Made by a program: the position numbers and the translations under genes. A DNA stretch of 64,000 nt, from positions 70,124,001 through 70,188,000 of the forward strand of contig CM052817.1 in the NCBI GenBank assembly GCA_028534125.1, in the 5' to 3' direction. This document shows positions 26,375 through 40,185 of this stretch, in pieces (position 1 is the stretch's first letter; each line of letters begins with the position of its first letter). The stretch is from Lama glama (taxonomy: Eukaryota). A model generated the notes under the pieces. The model ran no database searches. It had not been told where the DNA came from and saw only the letters and a program-made list of their open reading frames with translations.

Positions 26375-26895
26375 TGCCTCATGTTTGTGTATATTGTGAA
26401 ATAATTACCACAATAAGTCTAGTTAATATCCATCATCATCCACTGTTACAAGAAATTTTTTCTTGTGATGAAAACTTTTAAGATCTACTCTCAAAGCAAC
26501 TTTCAAATATACAGTATAGTATTATTAACTATAGTCACAGTGCTGTGCATTACATCCCCATCAGTTATTTATTTTATAGCTGGACATTTGTACTTTTTAA
26601 CCCCTTTTACCCATAAACACCCTGTCCACCCACCTCCTCCTCTTGCAACCACCAATCTGTTCTGTTTGGAATTTTTTTCCTTGCTGTTGAGTTGTATGAG
26701 TTCTTTATATATTTTGGATTTTACCCCTTATCATATACCTGATTTGCTGTGCAAAAGCTTTTTAGCTTGATGTAGTCTCACTTTTTAAACTTTTTTTCTT
26801 TTGTTGCCTTTGCTTTTGGTGTCAAATCCAAAAAAAAAAAAAAAATCATCACCAAGACCAGTGTCAAGGAACTTATCACCTGTTTTCTTCTAGAA
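26375..26895 (-). mobile_element. L1MA-type 3' fragment with internal deletions
   Basis: 'ttttaagatctactctcaaagcaactttcaaatatacagtatagtattattaactatagtcac' and 'gctgtgcaaaagctttttagcttgatgtagtc'. Confidence 0.8.
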
Positions 26896-27399
26896 GTTTC
26901 CAATCTTTTAAAGTGCTTTTCAAAGAAATAGCTGTGGGCCCACATTTTGAAAGCTACTTATAATTAACTTCCCTTTGCTTTACTTGGGATACAAAAAGAC
27001 AGATTTGTCTCTAATCTGTTTATGGAGGGACACATAACAAAAAAGGAAGCAAGTGGGATTTTAAAACCAAAATGGTTCTAACTGCAGTTTTCTTCAACGC
27101 AGACAGAAAATGTGCAGGGACTTTGGCCACCTTTCTTAAGTACTGTGGTCACAATCTATTTGTTTCATTTGAGTCATATATAGGGAAAGCCATTCCATTT
27201 CTAGCTCAAATGTCTTGCCCAAATTGGAGGTTTTCCTGATCATCTTCTATAATAGTAGATACTTAGATTTGGAACAAGACAGGAGGGTCTGTCTGGCTTC
27301 TCCATTCCTATCCACTTGGTGCCACAAATGGAGTTTCTAGCCCAGCTGCTCCATCCAACAGCTATGCTACTCCAGGTTCCTTACATCTGTGATGAAATC

Positions 27400-27735
27400 T
27401 GGGCCCATGTTTCCATGATTTGCACATCCTGCTTTCCTTGCCTGAAAATCCCCTCCCCTTCGCCCCAACCTGGCTACTACTATTTCTTTTTTCAGTTTTT
27501 AGCTCAGATACCAGCCACTACGGGAAGCTATCCTAGCTCACCTTGTCAGCCTTGGCTAGTATCTGTCTTTGCATTTATTATAGCAAGAATCCTGTTGTTG
27601 GTTTACTGGTCTGACTCCTCCATGAGGCTAGAGCTGTTTGAGGACAGGTTGGCACCCAGCCCAGGGTCTGACATGTGGTCGGTCAATCAGCATTCAATAA
27701 ATACTTCCTGGGTCGCTCCGTAAATGATCAAGTGA
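27400..27735 (+). mobile_element. L2 3' fragment
   Basis: 'tagagctgtttgaggacagg..cagcattcaataaatac..taaatga'. Confidence 0.55.
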
Positions 27736-28099
27736 GCAGGGATACCTCTTTTCCTGAGACAGGACTGAAGTGAGAGAGGCAGTGTAACTAACAGTAGAGC
27801 TGATTGGGGAGGTTGGGGCAGACACGGCAGTTGTACTTGCTCACAGGCACCTGCTTTCTCAGTGAAGGAGGAGCTTAGGCCCCCTGCCGAGAGAAGGGAA
27901 GGCAGGAAGCTGGTAGGACCCTTGAGGAAAATAGGAAAGGTTTGGACCAGCTGTTTTAGAGAACGGAAATGGAGTAGATGAGAAACCCTTGAGGGCCCAA
28001 CTGAGGATGGAGCTCATAAATTTATAATGGAGACCAGCAACATGAATATGCAATTTTCTCCAGAAAGGCTTAGCAGACCTGAACTAGAAATAGACAAAA

Positions 28100-28330
28100 T
28101 AATGCTAGCTTCTATTTATTCATGCCTTCTATGTGCCTGGACCTATGCTATATGGTTAAGATGCCCTTCTCTATTCCTTGTGACAAAGCCTGTAATGTAG
28201 ATATCATTATTTCCATCATATGGATGGAAAAACTGAGGCTTATGGGGGTTAATAACTTAATAAAGCCACACAGCTGGCATTTGGCAGAAGCGGATACAAA
28301 CCACAGACTGGTTCCAAAGGCGAGGACCAT
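28100..28330 (-). mobile_element. MIR SINE
   Basis: 'tattatttccatcatatggatggaaaaactgaggct..aagccacacagctgg'. Confidence 0.75.
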
Positions 28331-31300
28331 GTCTGGGCTGTGTCATTCCACTGATTTTTCTGTGGGTCCAGTTAGGTTGAGCTGAGCTAGGGTTGGTCAC
28401 GGTGAAGGCAGTGAAAGGACAAGGAGACTAGAAGGAAGGGTGCTGGCTAGCGTGCTGTTGGAATGACTAACTGTGGGCTCTAGGTGAGCTGGTATCTGAA
28501 TCCAGGCATGTCTGAAGATCTCTAAGTGGTGGGAAACTAAAGGCATCAATGTTATCAAAGAATAGATTTTAAAATGGTAAAGGAACAGCAGGAGGGCATA
28601 GGTAGCAGGATGTGCTTTGTGCTTATGAGTTCAAAATGACCCAAGTCCAGGTGGTGATAAAGCTAAGGTGTGGCCATGGGAATGGACATGAGGGAACCAG
28701 AATGAAGGAGATGGTAGAAGTACAGACACTTCTGTATTGTTTCTTGGAAGGTTAATGCCTGGCACAATTTAGATTTTCACTATTTACAGAATGTATGAAT
28801 AAATAAAAGGATAAACACCAAGAGAAACTATGAAGTAGTGGGGCTTCTTTACTTGTGTGGTTTGCGAGCAAGTATCACTCTTCTGTAATCCCGGTATACC
28901 CATTATCTAATAAAATAGATGAAGAGAGGAAAGGGAAGTTTGCCATCTAAAATGAAAACAAAGTGCTCCCTTGAAGCAACTGTCTGGTTTTGGAAAGTAG
29001 AGTTATAGAGGCTTAAATATTTGGAAGACTGGCCTTTTTGATGGGGAGAGAAAAGAAAGTTCAGTGAAAGCAAAGTTATTGTTATTATGGGTGGGAATAT
29101 GGTGATGCAATTATGAAGTGAGGATCTTCTATTACTCTGTGCTTTGTTCCTATGTTGTACATGAATTAACACCCATGAGGCCCTTCAGAAAAGATAGTGA
29201 GAAAAAAAAAAAGAATTTCATTTTCGAAGGGAACATTTAGACATAGTTTACAATCTTGAATTAAGCAGCTTTAAAAAAAAATCTTGTATTTTCCTACTTA
29301 CTTATCACTTATGAAGCAACTGACAATTTCCCCTAGTTATTTTAAGCAAGACTTATATTAAGAAGCTTAAATAAAATCATCAGGTTTTGGTTAAAAAAAA
29401 AAGATACTGTGAACGTTCTGTGTTTTGTGTGTTATATCAGGGATCCAGGCTTGGTCAACACTTTCATGCTTTGGAACATGTAATCAAAGCATGGAGTCTT
29501 GTTTAAGCTAGGTCATGATTATCCTTCACAAACGGAGTATGAAACAGAATCCTGATTCATGCATTAGTTTATTGTTTTCTTCTGCCGGTGTCTGATTGTT
29601 AGGTATAATATATATGCGTGCCAAGTGATGAGAGATGAAACAGCATGATGTAATCTTGTTGTGTTTCCAAGAGCGAAGCCTCCAGGGTATTAGTAAACAC
29701 ACCGCTAAACAGAGCCTCACAATACACTTCTGTGTTTTATAGTTTTGTCAAAATCAAAGGAAATGTATTTACTTTGGAACAGATAATTGTGGGAAATTTC
29801 TATAGTGTCCCTGTGGCTTGTTTTTCATGGTAACCAGAATTCCCTTTGGTGTGTGAATAACATTGTATAAGTAAGCAGCGTTGGACAAAGGACAAGATGT
29901 ATTCCAGTCTTAATTGTGGTGTGGAGTTTTACCCTGGGTTTCTCACTTCTCTTGTCAGGAAATGGCTGTGGAAAGGTGTGTTACTATCCCACAGTTAACA
30001 GATTTAAGGTTCTTAGTTGAATATACTCTTGGTGAAATATAAGAGAAAAGCAATGTCTCAACCCTGAATTCTTAGATCATTAAAACTGAAAGACAACCCT
30101 GGCTGTTTGTATTTTGCTACTTTGTGATTTTTGCAGTAGAGAGGGTAACTTCCCTGCATCTTGGCTGTTTGGCTCTGGCATTTTCTACGTACTTGCAAAC
30201 AGCATTCAGTTCTTTCCTGCTTAACTGTGTGATGGTGAATATTCTTTTTAATGTAGTCTTAAGTCCTTCTACTTAAGAGTACACCCATAAAAGGAACATT
30301 CTTAAGAAATAAAATCTAGGAGTCAAGGATTTTTATCACTCTCCAAACCGTACTTTCCTCCCATTTTTCTTCTAAAATAATTAGACCTTAAATTAACACT
30401 TTTTTGCTTCAAATGACAGAAACACTAGATACTCTCAGATATTACCCTGCATAGCATGAAGTGTAAAACAAAAGGCAGAAATAGAAATAACCTTAATTGT
30501 CTAAACCTGGGGAGATCAGACAGAGTCCACACCCTCAGTTTTCTGAAGGCTCAGTTGATTCTTATACTATGATTGAATGTCAATATACTAATTATAAGGC
30601 ATTTATATTGTGAAATTGGCAAGTATGGAGTTAACTGATGAAACTAATACAGATATGTCAAAACAGAAGTAATCCAATTCTTTACAAGGCAAGAATGCAT
30701 TAGATTGTCAATAGAATACCAGTGAAAGGGAATCACAGTAAGGGCGTGGATAGAACCAGTAACATGAAAAAATCTTCTAAGACTGACAAAAACATACTGT
30801 TAATATTGAATTTTATTCCTCCATAGTTAGAAGGGTGTGTATCACGGTGCTTGATTGCAAGGACTAGAGATTATAGACATATCTTCATTCTAGATGCTTT
30901 CCCCAAATTTTTATTCCTGTTTTCAGATAATGGAAGAACCAGTTAAATTGATTCACTGCTATTCCTAGGAACTACTTTTACAAATAAAGATCACTGTATC
31001 AACCATACGACCCAGTATGATTCATTTCATCAAAATGGAAAAGTTATTTATTATAAATCAAGATGGTTCTATGAAGCACCATACATTGTCATCATGCTGT
31101 AAAAATTAGAGTATTTTAGGGAAGAGGAAAAAAGCCCACATGATTTGTAATTTACATCCTGAAGTTTCTTCCTCTTTCAGAAAACAATTAAGAACATTTT
31201 TTTCCTTTTAAATCAACAATACACAGCCGTGAGAAATGGGTGGTGTTTAATTCTTGTGAGAATTTCACTGAGAAGGCCTAAGTCTATTCTATTTTAACCT

Positions 31301-31339
31301 TGGTTTCAAGTGATTCCGCTAGGATCCTGTATTTTCCTT

Positions 31340-34200
31340 GGTGATCTGTGTTAAAGCACTGTTATTAGAGCCACATGGCTGGAAGCCAGATTGCATAGAC
31401 ATAGGATATGAGTGGGTGGTCAGGAAGTGGGAATCAGTGAGCGTGTTTCTTTTAAGAAGTTGGCAGTGAAGAGAAGGAAAGAGAATGAATGGGAGCTGAA
31501 GGGGTAGTACAACAAGGGGATGCTCTTTGGGGTCAGGAAGAGAGATTTTAGCTTCTTGTAGGTATAGGCTGAGGGGGAAAGACCAGTGGAGAGAAGGAAA
31601 GGGAAGAATCAAGTGAGCTGACAATTGACGTGGGTACTCGAGGAGGATGAAGTGGGTAAGATCAAGGTCACAAGTATAGCAGTTAGCTCTGGAGAGCAGG
31701 AAACCCTTCTCTGTGCTGGGAAAGGAGGAGGAGAAAATGCACGGGCATTTCAAGATGTTTTGAGGAAGAATGGGGGAAATTGAAAGAGCTAGCCCATGGC
31801 CTCAGCTGCAGCAAAGTGGTAGGAGAATTTGAAGAAAGGAAATGATGTGAGATGGGTTTTGTAGAGAATGTGATTGGGTTTCAAAGAATACAAGTACTGT
31901 AGAGTAAGAAAAGGGGCCAGGTGAGATTGTGTATATAAATTACAGTGATACCATTCCATTTAAAAATTATTTTTAATGTCTCCAGTTAGTACCTTGGGAG
32001 GAGAAAATGTAAATAGGGAGTTTGAAGACTTAGGTTAGGGATTCTTTTTTTTTTTTTTTGTCTTTTTTTTGTTGTTGTTGAAGTATAGTCAGTTTACAAT
32101 GTTGTGTCAATTTCTGGTGTACAGCACAATGCTTTAGTCATACATATACATACATTTATTCCTTTTCATATTCTTTTTCATTATAGGTTACTACAAGGTA
32201 TTGAATATGGTTCCCTTTGCTGTACAGTATAAACTTTATTGTTCAGCTGTCTTATGTATGTTAGCATCTGCAAATCTCAAACTCCCAGTTTATCTCTTCC
32301 CACCCCCTTTCCCCTTGGTAACCATAAATTTGTTTTCTATGTCTGTGAGTCTGTTTCTGTCTTGTAAATAAATTCGTGTCTTTTTTTTTTAGATTCCACA
32401 TATAAGTGATATCATATGGTATTTTTCTTTCTTTTTCTGGCTTATTTCCCTTAGAATGATGATCTCTGGATCCATCCATGTTGCTGCATGTAGCATTTTA
32501 TTCTTTTTTATGACTGGGTAGTATTCCATTGTATAAATATTTCTTTATCCAGTCACCTGTCAATGGACATTTAGGTTGTTTCCATGTCTTGGCTATTGTA
32601 AATAGTGCTGCTATGAACATTGAGGTGCATGTATTTTTCTGAATGAGTTCCCTCTGGATATATGCCTGAGAGTGGGATTGCTGGATCAGATGGTAAGTCT
32701 ATTTTTAGTTTCTGGAGAAATCTCCATACTGTTTTCCACCATGGCTACACCAAACTACATTCCCACCAACAGTGCAAGAGGGTTCCATTTTCTCCAAACT
32801 CTCTACAACATTTATCATTTATGAACTTTTTAGTGATGGCCATTTTGATTAGTGTGAGGTGATACTGCATTGTAGTTTTTCTTTTTTTATTTGCATTTCT
32901 CTGATAATTAGTGATATTGAACATTTTTTCATGTACCTATTGGCTGTTTGTATGTCTTCATTGGAGAATTGCATGTTTAGGTCTTCTGTCCATTTTGGGA
33001 TTGGGTTGTTTGTTTTTTTGTTGTATGAGCTGTTTATTCTGGAAATTAAGCCCTTGTCAATCGCATCATTTGTAAATATTTTCTCCCATTCCATAGGTTG
33101 TCTCCTTGTTTTGTTTATGGTTTCCTTTGCTGTGCAAAAACTTATAAGTTTAATTAGGTCCCACTTGTTTATTTTTGCTTTTATTTCTATTGCCTGGGTA
33201 GGCTGCCCTAGGAGAACATTACTAAGATTTATGTCAGATAATATTTTGCCTATGTTTTCTTCTAGGAGGTTTATAGTGTCTTGTCTTATGTTTAAGTCTT
33301 TAAGCCATTTTGAGTTTATTTTTGTGTATGGTGAGGGAGTGCTCTAAGTTCATTGATTTACATTTGGCTGTCTAGTTTTCCCATAGGTTAGGGATTCTTA
33401 AAGTAAGTAAGACTTGAGAACATGGGCTGATAGAATTCATGGTATGGATAGAGGTTGTAGAAAGGTCTAAAAAGGACCAGTGAGTTGTGAGAACAGGTAA
33501 TGTCTTAGGAATTGAAGGAAAATGAGAGCAGAGAGCAGGTTTAGCAGAGATTGGAGGTGATCATCAAAGAAGGGAATTTAAGAGTTTAAGATCTTGCAGG
33601 TGAGCAATTTAAATTATGAATAACCAGATCTAAAGTGAGGGTCTGTCTCTGGGCAGGGCAAGTAGGAGACTGGAGGTGATTGAGGACATGTAAGATACAG
33701 GGCTTGGAAGGGTTGACACCATCGACATTGAGTTGCCTACAGAGTTTGGGCTTTCACTGCACCAGTACTGATCTCTGTGATGGCACTGTTCTCTCCTTAT
33801 TACATGTCTGACTCCATATTAGACTGCTAATCCATACAGCCTGAATAAGGTCTTATTTACCTTTATATTCCTAGTACCTGATGCAGGGTTTCATACACCA
33901 GTTAATGGAGCATAATTGTTAAGTACAGGAGTAAGAACAAAATTTGAACCAGGTATAATTTATGAAAAAACTAGGAGGTATAGGTGCATCAAAAAGGTAA
34001 AAGGTGATATACATGATGGCTTTGATTTCAGAGGTAAGCCGAGGTTGGGAGATGACTGAAGAACTAGGTTTGTGGTTAGAGTCTGCTCATCTCAAAGGTG
34101 ATGGCTTGTAGAATGAGTGGTCACTATTAGAAAGGCTTGTAAGGGAAATGAGATCTTCAGGGACAAGCCAATATTGAAGAGAAAGGACAAAAAGGGTGTG
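31340..34200 (-). mobile_element. Highly decayed L2-like sequence, interrupted by the young L1 at 32047-33383
   Basis: Purine-rich L2-like body, e.g. 'ggaagccagattgc' and 'tttaagaagttggcagtgaagagaagg', on both sides of the L1. Confidence 0.4.
32047..33383 (-). mobile_element. Young lineage-specific L1, 5'-truncated (about 1.34 kb: ORF2 C-terminus, 3' UTR, poly-A)
   Basis: Poly-T from about 32045; ORF2 C-terminal peptide '[50 protein letters not shown]' (32849-33094); perfect 16-bp TSD taggttagggattctt at 32031-32046 and 33384-33399. Confidence 0.95.
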
Positions 34201-34419
34201 TGTTTATATTAAGACAGAGGTTCCACAGGACACAGTGGAAGAGCCTAGTTGGGGTGCAGGGATTCATGATGTGGGGACTGAGCCAAATTGGAATGAGGAT
34301 GGGCTAAGTGAGGACAGAGGGCAATAATTTCCATTTAGGGCAATATTCCAGTAATAGGAAGGAGAAAGGAGATTGGGAGGCAGGCTGAATATGCAATGGT
34401 GATACTGACAGAGCTTGCT

Positions 34420-34630
34420 GAAATAATAATAGCTAATACTTCCTGAGGCCTTATGATGGGCTAGGTACTCTGCTACGGTAATGTGTCACAGTTCCATGAA
34501 TTAACTTATTAAGCAATGTGAGATAAAGATACCATTTCTGTTTTCCAGAAAGCGAGGTCACCTCCTCAAGGTCGCCCTGCTGGCTGGGAGCAGGCCTAGG
34601 AGTCACACCTCCAGAGCCTGTTCTCTACTC
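34420..34630 (-). mobile_element. MIR fragment
   Basis: 'aataataatagctaatacttcctgag..caaggtcgccctgctgg'. Confidence 0.55.
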
Positions 34631-35164
34631 GTTCCAGATCCAGCCTCCTAAATAAACCCCCAAGTTCCAACAAGTAGTGTTGCTTTTTCACAGACACTTC
34701 CCACATGCCACCCAGGGGTGAAAGTTCTAAGAACCCAGGAGATGTCAGGCCCTGTGTTCTTTTAGGGTGGTCCTCAGGAGAAGGCATCCATTTTTGTTTG
34801 GCCCGGGGTGGGTGATCTTCAAAGCTCCACGGCCTTTAACAGACTGCAAAGCTGGAGACAGTTGCAGAGTGTGTAGATTACTGATTTGGGTTTTTTTTTT
34901 TCTTTCTTAAGAAAAGCCTAGGTAATTATGGAAAATATTTAACTCTGACAGAAGAAAAGAATGCCTTGTTTAATAAGAGACTGAAAAAGACAAAGGCATT
35001 GATTAACTTCCATGAAGAGATTGTTGTGTGGGGTGTGTGTACATGCATGCGTGCTGAAGGATGGGAGAATTAACAGTTGTGTGTGGAGGCACATTGTCCT
35101 GATAGCACACAAGGCAGCTCTGAATGTTTCCCTATGGCTGCACAACTGTAGGAAGCACAGACCA

Positions 35165-35345
35165 TACGTGCTTAAATTGTAAATACAGCCACCTGCGTGA
35201 CCCAAGGTGGAACAAACGGAAGACCTGCCCAGCTGAGCCAGAGCCAAAATGCTGACACAAAGAATTGTGAGCAAATAAAATGGTGGTTGTTTTAAACAAC
35301 TAAGTTTGGGGGTGGTTTTGTATACAATAAAGATAACCAATACAG
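35165..35345 (+). mobile_element. MLT1 LTR 3' portion
   Basis: 'ctgcccagctgagcc..gaattgtgagcaaataaaatggtggttgttttaaacaactaagtttggggg..gataaccaataca'. Confidence 0.75.
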
Positions 35346-35567
35346 TATATGATTTTATTTATATGAAGTTCAAAAACAGGCTAGTGTATGGTGATAGAGG
35401 TCAAAGTAGCAGTTATCTTTGGTGAGGACTGCCTGGAAGGGGATATAAGGAGGACTTCTGGAAATATTTTATTTATTGAGCTGGTTGATGGTCACACAAT
35501 TCATCAAATTGTATACTTGAGCACTTGAGATTGGTGCACTTTATTATATGCAAGTTATACCTTAGTT

Positions 35568-35570
<3 letters not shown>
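35346..35570 (+). mobile_element. L1ME-type 3' terminal fragment
   Basis: 'tttatatgaagttcaaaaacagg..tatggtgatagaggtca..attcatcaaattgtatac..gtgcactttattatatgcaagttatacct'. Confidence 0.75.

Positions 35571-35607
<37 letters not shown>
35571..35607 (+). repeat. (AC)n microsatellite, about 18 units
   Basis: Uninterrupted AC run directly after the L1 3' end. Confidence 0.97.
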
Positions 35608-35609
<2 letters not shown>

Positions 35610-38479
35610 GCATATGATCCAGAATCTTTGTGAGATATAGGCACCACACTATGTGGATGAGATCCAAGCAGGCATGCAGGGACTGGTAGAGTCAGCAAAA
35701 CACTAGACTGACAGTCAGACTGTTGAAGATGGAGGCCATTCACTTAAAATATACTTACTACTTACCTACTTTGGATCAAGCACTGTGCTTGAATAAAACG
35801 CAATACAACCTTGCAAAATTATATGTGCTATGCCAGACCAATGTAGAGACAAAGGCCAGAACAAAATGCTATTATTTTACCATGACAAATGGGCAACTGA
35901 GGACATAAAATGTAATTAAAAACTGGATTATAAATCCCGTCATGGTCTTTGAAAGATAAGCTGAATAAGTACTACTTATTAAGGTTCAGATCCATCAACA
36001 GACCTACAGAACTGTGTCTTTCCTTTTGTATAACATAGACTGTATTTATGAGACTTGAAGATACCATTAAATTTAGGAACTGCCAAAAGAGAGGATGCTA
36101 CCCTACTCTTGGTTAGATCATATTTAATACTTTTGTCAGTGAGCTTGACATTACAGCATACCAAAGCAGAAAGGAGCTAAACAACTTAATTCATCCTTTA
36201 TTTACTATAAATACAACATTAAGTTTCTAGAAAATATGTCACTACAGTGAGCTTCTACCAGAGGTAGAATTGTTCTCAAATGAGCTGAATGAATGCTGAG
36301 AATGAAGCCAACATGGAGACAGCAGGACCACAAGGTAGACAGATGGGGTTCTGATGACATTGCTTGATCTAGCTGTACCTGAAGCATGAACACTTATCCT
36401 TTATTATTTATTTATTGTTGTAGCAGTCTGAGTCTGACTTTTTGTCACTTTAGAGGACCTAACCAATAGAATCAGCTGGACTGCCCCTTCCACCTTGTGC
36501 CCCTCCTTGGCTACTAGCTAAACCCTTACTACCTCCTCTTAGGCACAAAACTATCTGTGGTTATCTTCTTTCTTTCAGACAACTTTATACAGAATATAGG
36601 TGTGGGAGATGAAATTAGAGGCCAAATGACTAAAAAAATGGCAACAGTGTCAGGATCTAGAGCTTTTCTCGTTTGAAAACATGAATTCCTACTGCCATCT
36701 TGGCAGTCACCCAAATGCTTGGGGCCAGCAGTGCCACAGTTGCTTATATGTAGATATAGCCTTACTACACACACATATCAAAGATAAAGTGTGGGTAAGG
36801 TGGACAGTGAAAACCTTCTTTATTAACCTTTTAACCATTTAGTTAATTAACCTATTAACATTGTGAAGTAACTGTCTGTATTTTCTTTAATAATTAGAAT
36901 GATCAGTATCAAGAGGTGTGCTTTAGTTTATTACATGTTGCTTGCATAATTATTACTTTATAGTAGACCATTATATATCTGAGCTGCATATAGTTTAACT
37001 TAAGGAAAATTTATGTTGGTTACTAGGAGTGACAAGAGACAAATAAAGACATGGCCCCTGTCCTTAAGGAATTGATAATTTAGTCTGAGAGACAGACATA
37101 TAAACTGTTTGTGGAAATCAGTCTGGACATGGTGTCAGTGTCATCTAGCAGTAATAGATATAGTCTGTTGTTTGAAAATATATGTAAATAAAAGTAGAGA
37201 GTTCAAAACTAGACAGGCCCAGAGAAGCTCACATACAGTATCACAACTTTTCTTGCCTGTCTCCCAGACTGGAAGGTGAGCCCCCAACATCTTACTCAGC
37301 TTGTATTCCAGACCATTGCACAGTGCCTGGATTAAGAAGTGTTTTGCTGAATTGCATTAATTAGTAGCTGCATCCCTGGTTCATTTAACTCTATAAATAT
37401 GTACCACATCCATCTCTCTTGACCGCTGGCTGCCTTTCCATAGCTCAGAGGAAACAAGTAGATTCCTATATCCTGTCTTTTGCTTTTAACATATACTGGG
37501 CATCCGGCCAAGCAATGGCCAGGTGGACAGGCAGACAGGAGCCTAGAAAGTTTATCCCAAAGGTCAAGGAAAGGTGGATGGCCTTTGGTTCAGCTAGGCG
37601 TGAGAAACAAGGTGGGCCCGAATTTGACAAGTCAAGGGCCTGGGCAGGCAGCCAGGGCGGCTCTAGGAACAGAGTTGGAGGAGAGGATGGTGGGGAGGCA
37701 GGTGAATTGGTGATTAATTCTCATACAAGGCTTTAGCCCAGTCAAAAGCTTACTCCTTTTAGAGTAAGATCCAATCTTAAGCTATGGGAAATGCAGAGGG
37801 CTCTTGAGTGAAACTTTTTGACTGTACAGTGGATTTCCAAGGTGGTTCCCTAGCGGGACCTGACTCTACATTTTTCATACTGACAGCCGGATCTCATTCA
37901 TGTGAACAAAGGATTATCCTTCACAATACTTCTATAAACAGAATTTTAATTAATGAATTCACAAGTAGCTATTTCCTGTTTGTGTGCATTAAACAAAGTT
38001 TTTACTCATAAATTTTATTTTGAGCCTAAATCCAGTTACACAGCTGGGTGCAAAATATATATGCATGTGTTTTTACAGAAACACCCTCCCACCCCCACCC
38101 CCTGCACACATGCACAGAGCTAGAGGGAAAATACCTCCAGATCTTTGAGTTACAATATGAAAATGTGGAGCAATACACAGAAACACTTTGAATCTTAACT
38201 TATGGAAATAAAAATAGGTTTCCTATCAGGAACACTTAATCCACTTGGTTCACATGTGTGTTGTGGCTCTGGGTCAGACTGAGAAATTTGTAGGAAGTGT
38301 TTGACATTAACCCTTGGAATTTATAGTTCAAATCTCTGAACCTGATATTAAATCCCCTGAATCTGACCTTCGCATTGTGCTGTGGTGGATTGGGTTTACT
38401 TTTCTGCCTTAAACAACTCGAAAAAAGGGGGGAGGGCAGAAATAAGTGAAGCAATTGTGTTTAGTTATTTTAAAGTAAA

Positions 38480-40185
38480 TGGTACAGGACAATGATCTCT
38501 GAGAGAAGGGAAACAAATGAAGTGAACCCTGTCAATGGCCCGGAGCACTGCCTGGGGAATGTTTCCAGCCTGCAGTGCAATCCTGCTGAGTCGAGAAGAA
38601 ACACTTTGTAGCTTGAGGAAGCCAAGGTCACTAGAATTTGCAGGGCAGAGTACCAGTGAGTAGAGAGCTAGACAGAGAATGAGAGAGAGAGAGACAAAGA
38701 ATATGCTCTGGAGAAATGCAGACGGTACCCTCAAATCTTTAGTTGAGCACTAATCAGTTCATGCATGTGAGGAAGATTCTGAGGCGAGAGAAAGAATCAG
38801 TGAGGAGAAGTAGGTAGAACAATCCCCGGAGCTCACACAGAGCAATGAACAGTTCATCTTCCCATCATTCAAAGTAGAAAGACCTCTTAACACGTAAGAT
38901 ATTCAGTAGAGTACTCAGAAAGATATTTCCTCAGTTGTGGGGTCAAGCTGTAAACTAAATGTTATTGTAGACCTGCCTAACAAACATTAAAAGCAAGCCT
39001 TGAAAGGATCAACCCATTTCTAAGTAGTTTAACTTCCCCAGAACAATGTTCAAGGATATTTAAAAGAATACAAAAACAAAGATCCATCACTCCACAATCA
39101 AAATTCACAATGTCTGGCATCTAATAAAAAATGAGTGGGCATGCAAACAAATGGGCAAAATATATAAAATAATGAGAAGAGTCAGTCAGTAGACACAGAC
39201 CCAGAAATGGCATGGATCATAAGATTAATAGATAAGGACGTTAAAAAAGTTGTTAGAGATATGCTCCATGTGTTCAAGAAGATAGAGGGGAGAGTGAGCA
39301 TGACAAAGAGAGATGTGGAAGAGATAAAAGGGGCCCAAATCAAACTTCTAGAGATGAAAAACCAATGCTTCAGATAAAAAATACACCAGATGGGATTAAT
39401 ATGTTAAATGCTACAGAAGAAAAGATTAGTGAATTTGAAGGCACAGCAATATAAACTATCCAAAATGAAACACAGAAAGAAAAGAGATTACAAAAAAAAA
39501 AAAAGAAGAAGAAGAAGAAAGAGGTAAAAAATATCAAAGCAGAGCATCAGTGAGCCTTGGGACAAAATCAAGTTAATCTATACCTATTAAAGATATTGAA
39601 TTAGTAGTTAAAAATCTTCCCACAAAGAAAACCCCAGGCCCAGGCAGCTTTGTGAATTCTACCAAACATTTAAGGAAAAAATAATACCAAATGTACACAG
39701 ACAATTTGGCAACTTCTTAAAAAGTTAAACATATACCTGCCATACGCCCTGGTCATTTTACTTCTAGGTATTTAACCAAAAGAAGAGAAAAGCATATTTC
39801 TGCACGAATACTTGTACACAAATGTTCATAGCAGCTTTACTTATAACACCGGAAATAACCCATGGACTCATCAATAGGTAAATAGTTAAACTAATGGTGT
39901 ATCCAGATAATAGAATACTGCTACAAAAGAACAGAGTACTGACATACAGAACGCCATGAATGATCTTAAAACCAGTACGCTTTAAGCTAGACAGAAAGGA
40001 ATACGCATTGCCTGATTCCTTTCTAGATAAAATTCCAGAAAGTACAAACAAATCTGCAGTGACAGAAGACAGATCGGTGGTTGTCTGGGGGTGGGGATGC
40101 AGGGAGGGATGGATGACAAAGGGCCACAAGGAGATGTCTGTTCCTTGATTGTAGTGAAGGTTTTGTGGGTATATACATATGTCCA
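38480..40185 (+). mobile_element. Old L1M element compressed by internal deletions (5' region/ORF1, ORF2 piece, 3' end)
   Basis: ORF1-like 'aaacttctagagatgaaaa..agatgggattaa..gaagaaaagattagtgaatttgaag'; ORF2 'cttcccacaaagaaaaccccaggccca..gaattctaccaaacatttaagg'; 3' 'caaatgttcatagcagctttac'. Confidence 0.75.

Noticed and set aside
32859..33347. 162-aa hydrophobic plus-strand ORF
   Set aside because: Antisense frame of L1 ORF2, a common artefact.
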